64,000 nucleotides of DNA, taken from contig WELB01000004.1 in NCBI GenBank assembly GCA_009602725.1, positions 99,542-163,541 of the forward strand. Reading direction: 5' to 3'. The notes under the pieces are model-generated. The model was given only the letters and a program-made list of their open reading frames with translations, was not told where the DNA came from and made no database searches. This document shows positions 12,019-28,206 of the stretch, piece by piece; position 1 is the stretch's first letter, and each line of letters opens with the position of its first letter. The translations under genes and the position numbers were made by a program. The stretch is from Spirogloea muscicola (lineage: Eukaryota).

Positions 12019-13939
12019 ATGGGCGCGGCGGCGGCGGAGCTCGAGCTGCGGGACCTGCGACGGCGCATGCGCCAGGCGCCGGCCGGCGGCGGGGACCTGC
12101 GGGACGCCGCGGCGGACCTGGAGGCCCTGGTCCTACAGGTGCCGCACCACCCCCGCCCACAAAGCTGGAAAACAGATGAACGTGATTTGCCTATCATCTG
12201 TAGTCTTGTACATAGACTTTTGCTTCGGATAAGCGAGCAATCAATTCAGATTATAGAGCTTCTTCAGAGCTCATACATTGTTGTGATTAAAAAAGGATAG
12301 ATAAAATTTGTGCTTAAGAATAGCCTTTTCACCGGCGAATGCTGCAGCAGGCCAGGCTTGGCCAGGCCCGCAGAGTAACGACGAGGTAGTCCGCGTGGCC
12401 ATGGCGGCAGGCGGACGCGAGCGAGCTGCAGGCGCTCGTGCGGGCGGCTCTGCCTTGCGTGCTTACCGCCCTCGACCACTTCTCGCCAGCCGTGAAGGTG
12501 ATCAGCGGCAGAGACGCCATGCGGGCTGCATCGCCTAAACCAACAACCAAACCCATACCCGAAACCCTGGTGGCGTGGCGGCCTCAACCCTCGACTGCTC
12601 CGAGCTTCCTGCACGGCCTTCCCGTGGCCACTACGCCGCATGATGCCTTCGCCCAAAGGCTTGCGTTACGTTCGCAAGCCTTCGGCGGTGCTCGCTGGCT
12701 GAGGGTGGCCAAGGAGGCTGCGTCGGGTGTGGCAGCGGGCCAGCCTGGTCGCCTTGGACCGCTTCGTCCGAGCTGCCGCCGCCGAGGATCTGGCGTGGTT
12801 TGGGCCAGTCACGTCAGACGCGCTCTGTCACAATCTCGTTGCCTGCCACAAGGAGCTGTGGCCGCTTGCGGTGCCGCTGGCGGTGGGGCTCGCCACCCGG
12901 CTGGAGGGCGCCAACGCGAGGAGCCTGCTGTAAGCGCTGCCGAGGCGGCCCTGGCGCAGAACTCGATCTTTGAACCCAATGCAGTCTCCCAAGCGACATT
13001 GCGTGGCCTGCAGGGAGGTACACTTCCTTAATTCCTTGTTGAGACGCTTCACATCCGGCGCTCGCTTATGTGCAGCTACGGCCAAGTCTTTGAGACGCTG
13101 CTGGGAGAGGTGGAGCGGCACAGTGAGGCCGTTGCCTGGCGCCTGGTGTGGCTCGACTCCATCCTGCCGCTTGTGCAAGCTCTGGGGCTTGTCCTGCTGG
13201 CCCACTTCAAACGGCTCCTGCCGCTGCTTCTGCACTGGCTCCACAGTCTCGACGAAGCCACGGTGCTTAAGGTGCAGCATCGTACACAACATAGCATGCT
13301 TCCCATCCTTAACCTTAGTTCCTCCCTTTGCTGTGGCGTTGCAGAGGTTTGCGCCAAGCGCCACACCGGTCTCTCAGTTTCCAAGTCGTGGAACACCTTT
13401 GCGCAAATTCCTGCAGAACCTTGTGCATCTTGGAGGTTGGCAAGCAGTATGGATCATTGTGAGCTCGCAAGATGTTGCAGACTGATGACATGTTAGGCAT
13501 GCACTTCCCCAGTCCCTGGCGGTGTTGATTGTTACCCTGCGATGCACGTGGCCAAGAGCACCTGCCCACAAGCAGAGGTGCTGAAACACCTCCGAAGCTT
13601 ACTAGTAGGTAGAGCAGCCTAGTTATTGTGCATTGGCTCATCATGCTTGTAGCTGAATCTGAAGTGCATGCAGTCGTAGGCAGCTAGTTGTGTCAAGCAT
13701 GCTTATGGGGCCGTTGATGTGTGTGAGCAGCTGCCAGGGAAGTGTGGTTGAGTGCCTGCTTGAGCACGTTCCCTTCCGCATTTGCAGCACAGGTTGACTT
13801 GAATCTGTGGTCAATTGCTTCTGCTCCTTTCAGAATCGAGAGTGAGCTGGACCGAGCTGAGGGAGAGGCTAAGTGGCACAAAGGCTGCAGTGAGATCCAA
13901 GAGCGCATCACAGACACCCGCCAGCTGCTGAACAAGTGA
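12019..13939 (+). CDS. TTI2: TTI2-family (At2g39910-like) ARM/HEAT-repeat protein; true 5' end uncertain
   Basis: Spliced segments LPCVLTALDHFSPAVK, DLAWFGPVTSDALCHNL, RLVWLDSILPLVQALGLVLLAHFKRLLPLLLHWLHSLDEATVLK and LRCTWPR match the plant At2g39910/Tti2 family from recall. The last exon ends at TGA 13937-13939. Confidence 0.7.
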
Positions 13940-14549
13940 GCTCTAGAAGTGGCTGCATGCCCTTCCAAAGTGGTAGCTGCAGTAGCTTTGGTACTTTCTT
14001 TCACACCTGCAAGTGTTACATGGCAATTTATGACCCTCTTCTATTGTATCTGGGCTGTTGCAGAATCGTGCAGAAATGCGCTCACTCGTAGGTGCTCAGA
14101 GTCCACTCCCATCCCCCAGGTTAGAGAGCTAAGCCGCCATGCCTGCCAAGGCCAGTTTCTGATGGCGCTGATTGAGACACTAGCTCTCACGAGCTCCATG
14201 TTGGGCAGCCGGTGCAATTAGTAGGCTCCTGAAGTGCATTGCTTTCAGAGCCGCCCACAACATCTGCGAGGCACATCTGACTATCTACCACAGGCGATCA
14301 ATGACGACCTCCGGTGGTGGAAGAGCAAGTGCACCACATGTAGATAAGAGCATCTGTCACTCAGACAGCTTGGCCATGCAAAAAACCTCCGTGCAAGTGC
14401 AGAAGCAAGCAGTTAAGCTGGCCCTTGGTGTCAACAGGATTACCAAAGACGAACATCACATGACTTAGACGCAGATCAAACAACAAGTTGTCCGGAGTAC
14501 TTCATGGATCTCGGTATCAGCAGGTGGCAGTTCTCATAAGACACTAAAT

Positions 14550-17206
14550 TTAGAATATGATCACAATGCCGTCATGGATGCGGGCCTTCTGCCTTTGCGC
14601 GACACACTCTGAAATCCACATAAGGTTGCGGATTTCTTGCTCCCTCAATCGGACGTATGCAAAGAAAACTCCATAGTGAAACTACAAGGCATAAAACACA
14701 TACACCCTCCAATCAGCATAATACATTCTCATGGAGGATCATCAACATGCCTTCGGAGTAGAGCGCACATAGATGAAGATGTCAGACACGAAGACATAAA
14801 AGCCACATCAATTATTGCATAGTGAGACATCAATCAAGAAGCAGTATGAAGTCCCCTGTCATCTGCACTGGGCCAGACGGTAGCACCTACCTGCTGCTCA
14901 AATGCAAGTGTGAGTCGCTTGACCTCCTCCTCATAGAATGCCTTGTCCAGCATTTGGCTCTCACCATATGACAATTTCGCAAACGTGGCAGCATACATGG
15001 GGTACTTCTCCATTGCAGCACGGACCTGCACGAGCAACCTAGTCACAGGTCAGGAGCTGTAAACTTCAGCTGTACCTGCTACCTAGCACCTGGATCAGGA
15101 TCCTAGGCAGGCCTGATGGAGCTTACGCTGTCAAAGTCTTCACAAATGGCAAGCTCCTCATGCCCATATGGAAACCTGCCGAGAGGAAAGATCCATGTGA
15201 GCCTCACGAAAACGAACCATGTATCACGACAGAGCACCACACCAAAGAAGAAGCATAAGCACCTGAGCTCCTTATGCTATTGGTGGCAGTGTGATAGTCA
15301 TTTATAGTCATTTATAAATGAAGCTCACTAGGGCACTTCTAGCTCACTATGGCACTGCTTGATGAAGAGCTATACGTGTCACGACAACAAGGACCAAGGG
15401 ACACCTACTGAACCACACTCTTATCAGGCAGTGAGAGTAGCAACTTCCGAATGCCTGGATACAGCATCTGCATCCTACGAAGTGCTGTATCAACAAAAAC
15501 AAATGGGAAGTACTTACAGAAGCCCGAAGTTGGAGTACAATTTACGCCGATCATCTCGCGTCAATTCAGTACCAATGCTGCCAGCAATGAGACACTTTGC
15601 ACCTCAATACCAGACTCTTGTACTAGACTCTTGCAATTGCTCAGATGCCAACCCAAGACTTATACTGCACGTTAAAGTCTATGCGACACATGAGCTGGCT
15701 GCCCAACAATGTATAAACAGGACAGCTTAATTTGTAAAGACATATGCATTGTAAATCTGCAGTCACCTATTGATGGTGATGTTGACTGCCCTTCTATCCG
15801 CCTCAAAGAATAACAGGTCACTCATGATATCTGCAGTTGCCCCTCCAAGTTTCTGGAGAAGAGTGATGAACATTCCTTCGCTTATCAAGCTACACTCCCT
15901 TGCTTGTCAAGCTCATGCTCTTGGAACTTGTTTGATACATCAAGGCTGTCTTCAACAATAGTGTTTAGAAGCAACTCACTTGACAGAACTTGTGGAAATC
16001 CTCTAGGTAGGCTTTGTACAATATGTTCCTCATGATCTCAATGTTCATGTCGTCAAGATCCTGCCAAATGTAAACAATACATTAAAAAACTACTGAGCTT
16101 TGCAGCAAAGCCTTCATGTCCCCGTCAACTCAACCAAGACTTAGAAAAAGTGAATGCTGAAGAGATCAGAAACAGAGGTTCCCAGAAAGGTAAAGTCACC
16201 TCCGAGGTGATGCATTCAGAGAAGTATGGAGCCAATGGTGTGTCCACCAGTACTAGCCGATATAGTTCACGCATATTCTGTGCAACTGCCAAGGTTGCAA
16301 TGCTGCAGGACAAGAAACAACGGTGCATGTTACTATGATCTTTGATAGTGCACCATCAAATACATTGGCGGGATAGTACACTTTTCTAAGGGGAACTCTG
16401 AGTGTTACTTGTGTTGCCAAGAACCCCATAAATGAGTAGTTGGCAACCACTAAGTCCGAGACCATCATGCAGTGCACTCAGCCTACCTGTCAAACATTCC
16501 AAGAGGGTGGCACTTGTCTAGAAGCTCGTGAACATCCCGTTCATGCAGGGTGCCAGTCACAATGAGCACGACATTATCTATCATGTGGCCATATCTGCAG
16601 CAACTCCACAAATCACCACCAGTGAGAATATCATCAACATCTTGTGCAGATCAACAACAGAAGACCTCGAGATCCCACCAACTCACTGACCTGCTGCCCA
16701 AGCTTGCTAGTCCAAGATTGCCAAGGCAACTAGGTCAAAGGCCAATGACTGCTTACGTGATGTAGTCTAGGAAGGTGGAGAGGGGCTCAGTGGCCTGATT
16801 GCGCATGTACATGTAGTCCTCCACCAGCTTCTGCGTGCATTTCTCCACGATTGTGCTTGTGTGCAGTGGCGAGGGCTCTGTAAAAGCATGCACAATTGTA
16901 CTCGTCAGCAGCAGTTCCATTGAGTGCTAGTTGCTCTAAGAGCAGGACGCAGGTGCCAGTAGCCAGCAGAAGCAAACGGGCCTGCAGGTCCCTGCTGGAG
17001 TCACCGTTCTGCAGGTAAGGCCCGTAGTCTGTGCCGGTGAGGTGGAGCTTGATGTCGTCCAGCGTCTCGCACTGGCACAGGTTGTTGTAGTCGGCAGCAG
17101 TCAGCAGGCCTGCCCGGTGACCTCGGAGCACAGCCTCCAAGAAGCCGTCGCTGATGTTGAAGCTCATCGCCTCGAAGCCATACATGTTCTTCTGTGTCCC
17201 AGCCAT
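14550..17206 (-). CDS. VHA-d: V-type proton ATPase V0 subunit d
   Basis: [85 protein letters not shown] and [29 protein letters not shown]...IVIIF* lie across multiple GT-AG introns. Confidence 0.97.
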
Positions 17207-17621
17207 GGCCGCAGAGCGCTGCCTCAAAGCCAAAGGAGGTGCCCCAGTCTCAACTCATTAGGGCCTCCCACTGAGTGCCGCTAGCCTCAGCCCGGCCGTG
17301 CGAGCCTTTGAGATCTCAATGGCTCGTCCCGATCACCGTTAGAACCGCCGTCTCTCGGGCCGGCCAGGCGCTGCGTCCAGGGCCACACTGGCCGAAACGA
17401 GGACAGGATGCTGAGCCACGGCGGCGGTTCCGAGCACGGAGTGCTTCAGAAGGCCCGGCTGAGGCCGGCGCGACGGCACAGTGTGAGGCGGATCGAGCCG
17501 CGGGCACGTTCTGAGCTGACGGGAGGAAGAGCCGCGGGGCGCCGCCGTCGCCGCGGTCGGGCGGCGCGCACGCTGCCGCAGACCCTCCGGCGGATGGCAA
17601 TGACGAGGGGAGCGGCGGGTT

Positions 17622-17816
17622 GAGAAGAAGAAGTGGCACTCCCAATGGGGGCAAGGGCTGCGAAAAGCCAGCCCAAAAAGAATTCACAAAGGTTCAGAGG
17701 GGCCTAAGAGCGGTGAGCAGCTACAAAGGGGCCTGAGGATGCAATGGTAAAACAGGGGGAGGATGGATCACTCAATAAGTACGAGTGAGGAGCCTCAGAT
17801 CCGACAGACTAGCTGC
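17622..17816 (-). mobile_element. Subfamily C non-LTR 3' end (ORF terminus plus 3' UTR) running into the assembly break
   Basis: The minus strand reads AASLSDLRLLTRTY*, then a UTR with the hairpin GGGCTG-N8-CAGCCC (17655-17674) and a TTCTTCTTCT tail. It is cut off by the N at 17817. Confidence 0.6.
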
Positions 17817-21437
<3,621 letters not shown>

Positions 21438-21929
21438 GCTACAGTGATACGTATTGCAGGAACCTGTGCATGTCCCCTCCTCTCCTCCTCTAAACTGTGT
21501 ATATATTGCAGGTACACATGTACGTTCCCTTCTCAAGGTAGGACCTGCTACACTGGCAGCGAGGAGCACGTGGTGTGTAATAAGGTAATGGCATGGCACC
21601 GGTCTCAGCCGCTACAAAAGAGCCTGTGCAAAGGCGTTTTGCAAGTTGGCGAAGCAGCACAGGTCGGGCTCGCCCACCGTGTGCCATCAGTGTATTGTGC
21701 CGACCATCTACAGAGACACTCACCTTAGACCCTGAGCTGAATGTCAGCGACACTTTGCCGCCACAGCGGTGCCGCCTTTGTGACCAATGCCCGCCAGACT
21801 CGTTGATGTCTGGCAGCGGCCAGGATTCATGTGGGGATTGCCAAGTATGCCACAATGTGCACAATTGCGTGGCGTCGTCACTGTGGTGGTAGCCACTTGT
21901 ATCTCCTGAGTGCAATGCCTTTCCTGTTC

Positions 21930-22935
21930 GAGGTTTCCTGAAACTTGTCCAGTCTTCATGGGCTGGCCTTCTGCAGCCACCGCCTCCTCGTGTTAGGCTT
22001 TTCAATCTGGAAGAGCTTCTGTTTTGGTCCTTTACCCCTTAGGCAGGTCCTCTTTCCCCTTTGACCCCTTCGAACTTTGTTCATTCTTTCGTTTTGGGTG
22101 GCCTCTCCAGCCACCGCCCTCTCCTGGAAGCCTTTCTTCTTAGGCAGACGCTGGCCATAGTCTGGCGCTACACAGATGGCCACACGCTGTGACGCGCACT
22201 GCCTGAGGAGGCGTGGGCGCAGCTTCGTGAGCAGTCTGACAGGGCGACATTTTCCCGCCCTCTACTTATCTCGATCCGCACTCGCTGACTAGAGAGTATT
22301 GAGCGTTCTGCACTCGCAGAAGTCAGGGGGATCTAATTCGTATCTTCTGCGCCTTCCGGCCCTTTCAGGCCTCGTACATTCTTTTGCGCTGGCGTCTCAG
22401 CCATTGTCGTAAGTTGAAAGTGCCGTTTCTCCGCCAGCATTGGGCTCGCCACCAGTCAATCTGGCCGCGCTTGCTTCTGCTCGGAAGGAGGAGCAGAAGC
22501 GGAAGCGGGCGCCTCTGATTGGCAGCGGGGCGCATGAATTGAGAAGGGTGGCCAATTTAAGCCAATACTGTACACTGTTCAAGGCAAAAGAACGGGGGGT
22601 CGGTACGTGGCCGGGCGCCCGCGAGTTGGCGTGAATGAGTGCGGCTGGTGATATCAACCGAGTGGCTGTAACGGCCAGCCAGGTGCATACAGAGGGTGTT
22701 CACAACTACATCATCGAAGCCACGGTAGCCATGTGAGTCATATCAGCATAAAAGAGAAGAATGCGGCTGCTGATATAAAAAGAGAGAAGGCGCGTGTAGC
22801 GCATGAAATGAAATGGAGGCCAATTCAAGCCAATACATGGTTCAGGCAGAGTCTAGTGCAGAAGAGAAAAAGGGCTCGCCCATTGAGGATAGGGGCTGGA
22901 AAAGGCCAGCCCAAACAAGAATGAACAAAGGATAT
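21930..22935. mobile_element. Cluster of about 7 non-LTR 3'-end fragments (three + copies 21930-22430, four - copies 22528-22935)
   Basis: C-type copies at ~21930-22005, ~22050-22140, ~22141-22430 (degenerate SLALHR...DPHSLTREY*) and 22861-22935; A-type at ~22528-22590 and ~22795-22860; B-type at ~22630-22710. Confidence 0.6.
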
Positions 22936-23470
22936 TAAAAGCGTGGCGCCACCTCGGGCTGCGTAGTGGGGGCCCTGCTGCATGCATGGCCCCGGCATGG
23001 CCAAGATCGCCGCCCCGACTTGCTGCTCTCTCAGGCCTCCTCGAGAGGCCGTCGCGCCAGCCGCCGCCGCCGCCGCCACCGCCGCCGCGGCCGCCGCCGC
23101 GGAGGCCCTCCATCGCCAGCATCCCTGCGCGAGGAGCCGACGGCGCCGCCACCTCTGGCCGCCTCCGCGACCTGCCGGTCGGGAGCTGTGGCCACGGACG
23201 TGGATCACAAATTGACGTCCTCGGGGTCCCCGGAGACCATCAGTGCTGCGTGTTCGTGGTCCTCGCTGGCCATGCGGCAAGGCCACATGCTCGCCGGGAT
23301 CGCCACTTGTGCTTCCCGTCCAGCACCTGTCATCTGCCATCGCAGCCTCCCGCGTCAGGTGTCCAGCTTCTCCAGCTCCCCAGCCATGCAGCTGGTTGCG
23401 AAGGTCTTGCCAGGACTCTCACTTATCCGTGATGTTGCGGCTCGCTCGCAGATACACCGCATACAGCATA

Positions 23471-25925
23471 ATGGCGGCAACGGCACCCGAGCAACAAATG
23501 GCCGATCGCCCGACGCGTCTGCCGCGGCACATGAAGGCCTGGACTTACAGAACATACCAAGGTGGTGCAGAAGCCCTCGAGGTACACCGCTTTCCTTCTG
23601 TCTTCCTCTGATCCAGTAACCACCATCTGAGGACGTTCACATAGGTCTCGTCTGTAATCACGAACTGGTAGTGGAGCACATGTCTTGGGTGGGCGACCCT
23701 AGGGAGTCGATATGAGCAAGCAACAGTCAATATTCTCCGGGTAAGACTCTATGCCTGATCTGTGAAGAGACATGCACATGCACTGTCGTATTTGACATGT
23801 CCAGAGGCCAGGTAATAATATACATCGTTTGTCTTGACCAGCTGACTACGTGTTCAGTAGCCAGTCTATACGTAGGCAGATACAGGCCGTCACAGATGAG
23901 GCTATGTCAAGGCTTAGAAGACTCAGGCTTGTAGCTCCTCCACAACGTGTGCTCAGTCAAGGTCTTCAGAAGTCAAACGCTTGTTGGTCACTTTCCACAA
24001 GTAGTTGTTCCTTGGCTGTAATCTTAGCATGCCCCAGCTGAACAAGCGCATCTCCATCTTGGCCAAGGACTATCAAGACAGTTTGACCACTTTCCACTAC
24101 CAAAAGCAAAGCGCGGGCAGCTTCTAGTGAAGACCAGGGCAGTCGGCCTCAATGCCATCGACTGGAAAATCCACGAGGGCCAGATGAGGCCATTCTTGCC
24201 GCCAAAGTTACCTTATATCCCATGTAAAGTGCAATGCAACCTAATGCCCCAAGCTATTTGTTCATCAACATGACTAGTCATCCCAATTGTTTCCTGGACA
24301 TAGGCGTCTCGATATCAAAATCATGAATTTATGGATGCACTTAGAGATGACCTTGCAGATGGATGCCCATGCACATGGGTCCTACTAAATCATCAAGAGT
24401 AGCTCCGCTCTGTTGAATCTGAGAATGAGTCTTGATAGTCTTTAGCAGGTGTGCAATCAACAATTATTCGTACATGACTGTGGCAGATATTAGCTCGTCA
24501 CAAGGTGGTTATTCTGTGTTTAAATAGGCACCGACGTGGCAGGGATTACGGAATTCTTGCAGACTGGTGTGCACGAGTCTGCAGTGACAGATCCTGTCAT
24601 GGGCTGGACTACGCTTCAGGTTTGCATGGCATGAATAGCATCTGTATGAGAAGTGCACCCCTTGGCACCAAGCTTGGCCGTTAGGTGGGGTTATAGCCAT
24701 GTCACATCGGCAGACTTCTGGAGTCAGGGACTTGTACCAGCTGATTGTGTAGTATTCCCGTGCAGAGGGGAGGAGGACTTGCGGAGTATGCAGTGCTTGA
24801 CGAGAAGCACTCAGCCAGAATACCTCCTGAAGTAGCCATGCACGATGCGTCTTGCTTAGTGAGCGCGGGCTGCGCAGCCCTCCAGGCACTCCGAGATAAG
24901 GGTGGTCTCAGGTACGATGGGAGCTTCAGTGAATTCCGCAAAGTAATGATTCTGGGGGCAGCAGGAGGTGTTGGCCATTATGCAGTTCAGGTGAGACGCA
25001 AAGATTATTGCATTTGAGAAAGTCTAGGTGCAACAGGCCAGGATTTCATGTCAAAGCCCTATACACAAGTTCACTCAGCATTGCTTAATAGGTTGCGACC
25101 AACTGTCAGAGCAGCATGCTTGAAGTAGGTCTCTGGCAAGTGATATCTAACATGCAGGTCTACTCGACTTGGCCTCATACGCAGATTGCGAAGCTAGGTG
25201 GTGCGCAGGTCACAGCAGTCACCAACTCTGCTAAGGCAGGTTTTGTTAGGCAGCTTGGCGCAGATGACGTCATTGAGTACCAGAACACAGAGTTGCTAGA
25301 ATTTCCCCAAATACGTGAGGGCCTTTACGACATCATTTTGGACTGCTCCACATCTGGTATCTCATTCAGCAAGGTCCGCTTTCTCCTGAACGACGAGGTA
25401 AGGGCAATGCATCAAGCCCATGCAGACCTGCATGACCTCATTCTTTAGGGTGCTTGTATATCTGCTACAATAGTACTTTCCACTGCTGACAAATGATGTC
25501 CATCGGTTGACACTGTGGCCATGACAGTCGGAGTACATGCGAAGTAGAACATGCCTTGCAATGATCTGTTTGCCCAGTTCTCTCAAGTCAATGCTCTTTG
25601 GCAAAGATTCCAGCTCGGTAAAGCTGATCACGAAAGAGGGTACATGGCTTGTGCACCCTGGCAGGGCCGCTTAATATGCCTTTCATCAAGCAAGTCGATC
25701 ATCCTGCAAAAAGTCAAGCAGGCGCTGCACCTCGCACAGAAGAGGAAGGTATTCTTTGTCTGCAAACCAAATCACGAGGACCTGTCGCAACTGCTGGATT
25801 GGGCCAAGTCGGGTCGGCTGCGGACAATGCTCGACACTAGCCACGCGTTTGAGAGGGCCCCCCTTTCGTGGATGCGTCTCAGGGCCGGCCATCCTGCTGG
25901 CAAGGTTATTGTCAGCATTGGCTGA
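23471..25925 (+). CDS. Quinone oxidoreductase-like MDR protein, divergent ceQORH-type paralogue 1 (possible N-terminal extension from ~22997)
   Basis: MKAWTYRTYQGGAEALE|...AVGLNAIDWKIHEGQMRPFLPPKLPYIP|CTDVAG...|GGGLAEYA...ILGAAGGVGHYAVQ|IAKLGGAQVTA...LGADDVIEY...GHPAGKVIVSIG*. Confidence 0.88.
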
Positions 25926-26543
25926 CGTCGCAATATGGCAGCTCGAGGATGCTTCCGTGGAGTCGTACCACTTGCTGGAAAGGCACATAGGCTACTGCAC
26001 AGTTGTCTTTGTCAAGAGTAGCTGTTCCTGAGAGTCCAAGTAGGAAGTGCTTTGCTTATGCTAGCAGTACGGATTAAGGTGAATGGTGGTTGCACGTGCC
26101 GCTCATGTGCGATGAAGAAGCAAGGAGACCAAGGGCACCCCGAGCCCTAAGGTCATGGCCGTTGAGGTGAGGCAGACAATGGCCCCAAAGCAAATCAATA
26201 CACTTTTTGTTCACGCGTTTGACAAGGTTTCAGAACCAATGAATGTGCACATGCAAGAGGAATTTCAGCATGCACTACTCGCTGTGAGCTGCTGCAAGGC
26301 GTAGGAGATTCGGCTGCACCTTGGCTTTTGCACCTATATTCTGTCTTCTTGTCATCCAAGGCTTCATGTGCCCTGCTATTAATCAGGTGTACTGATCTGC
26401 CTTGTCCTAAATGTACATTTCTCGCCTTCTCTACTTACAGTGGCGATCTAGGGGTTGGGGAACTTTCTAATGGCCACCCCATGCTCCTGTTGTTAGGAGT
26501 TTCGATTGGGTACTCTTGTCAGCCTCAAGGGAAGAGTAGACCA

Positions 26544-28206
26544 TCACATTGTGACGATGACCTTGCCTGTGACATGGCCGTCGATGCTCTTCGCCCAGGC
26601 CTCGGGGGCCTTGTCAAACGGCAAGCTGGCGTCGATGGTGGTCCTAAGCTTGCCAGCTGCTGCCAGCTCCACAACGAGTTCCAGGTCCTTCTTGTTGACT
26701 GAACAGATGCAAGGCAGCTGCCTCTTACCCGCAAAGGCGAGCGTCTGTCCCACCAGATTCAGGAACACCCAACCCGAGGGGACAAGCACCACATGGCGGC
26801 CCTGCCACGACATGTGCATGCGTGGCATCAGGTTGCCACCCACTGGACTTTGGCAGAGAGGCAATGACTGTGCATGGCGTAGTTATCTGCAATGGTTGCA
26901 ACAACAAGTGCAAAGCAAGCAGGCAAGACGTCAACGAATGACAAAATTGCATGCAGGCCTCTGCCAGTGGCTGCCAAGAGGCGAGGGGCTTTTGCACCCC
27001 GGGCGCGAGGACACGGCGGACTTTGCTCCAGGGCTCCCCGTGGCCAGTGCCGTCGACCACAATGTCGTACAGCTTGCCGCTGGGGCTCTTGAGCGCACGC
27101 CCTTCCTCGCTCTTGTAATCGATCACTTCGTCAGCGCCCAAGCCCTTGACGTAGTCAAAGTTCCGAGCACCCACTGTGGCCGTCACGTGGGCGCCCGCCA
27201 GCTTTGCCAGCTGGGGCACACAGCAGGCGCGTCCATAGACTTCGGTGTCAGTGCAGTGGCAACTGCAGTCCTTGAGGGCCCGACTTTGCAGCTTGACTTT
27301 GCTGCAAGATGGAGAGCGTCAGCTGCCATGACCAAAGTAGAGAGCATCAGCTGCCGTGACCAAGGCCGACGTGCCAAGGGGGAGCCTATCTGAGGCAGTG
27401 GCCTGACCTGAACCGCGTAATGACCAACGCCGCCAGATGCGGCCTCCACGAGCACGTTGCCCGTGTAACCACCGCCGAAGTTGGCGATGCCGCCCTTGTC
27501 CCGGAGCGACTGGACGGCCGTCAATGCCGCCACTGGGAAGCAGCAGGCATCTGTCGCAGGCACCGCCTCCGGCAGCTTGACCGCCACCTTGGCGTCCACG
27601 GCCGCGTACTCAGCTAGCGAGCCTCCATACTGCACAACAATGGCGCCGCAAGTGCTCCTTGGGTCGAGGAATGGACGACTTGGGCAGCGTGCATGCAGCC
27701 GCCCAACTTGGGCGGCGGCGTGCTCGCGACGAGCAGCGCCGGCGCCGGCTAGCTCACCAGAGGGCTGAGCCACGCGACGACGTGATCGCCGACGGCGAAG
27801 TCCGCGACGCCAGGGCCGACGGCCACGACCCTGCCAGCAACGTCGCCGCCTGCGAGACCGCGCCACGGACGTCAAGGAGGGGCCTGCGATAGCGGCGATC
27901 GTGAGCGGCGGCGGTTGAGGCGGCGGCGGCGGCGAGGCCAGGCGGGCGCACCGGGGACGTGGGGGAGCTTGGCGGGCAGGAGGGGCCAGAACATGCCGGA
28001 CTGGACCTTCCAGTCCAAGGGGTTCACGGACGCGGCCGCCACAGCGAGCAGCAGCAGGCCCTTTCCCGCCGCCGGCACCGGCACGCCCTCCTCCAGCTGC
28101 GTGCAAGAACGGCGGCGGCGGCGGCGGCGGCGGCGTCAGGCCGCTGCTTCGGGCGCCTGGCGGCGCTGGGGCCAGCGGCGGGCGCGGCGGCAACGGCGGG
28201 GGCCAT
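26544..28206 (-). CDS. ceQORH: Chloroplast envelope quinone oxidoreductase homologue (ceQORH-like), paralogue 2; first exon looks truncated
   Basis: AASVNPLDWKVQSG, GGDVAG, YGGSLAEYA, NVLVEAASGGVGHYAVQ|LAKLAGAHVTATVGARN...GLGADEVIDYKSEEGRALKSPSGKLYD and AWAKSIDGHVTGKVIVTM* closely resemble land-plant ceQORH. Confidence 0.88.

Noticed and set aside
21744..21980. GATA-finger-like CAHCG peptide
   Set aside because: Lacks the second CxxC (CNAC), has no gene structure and overlaps retro-fragments.
22251..22258. E2F-like site TTTCCCGC
   Set aside because: A single 8-mer inside a degenerate retro-fragment, far from a clear TSS.
22075..22930. DNA transposon or MITE bounded by 14-bp inverted repeats
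   Set aside because: The same sequence occurs singly and downstream of ORF ends elsewhere, so it is better explained as oppositely oriented retro 3' UTRs; no TSD was seen.
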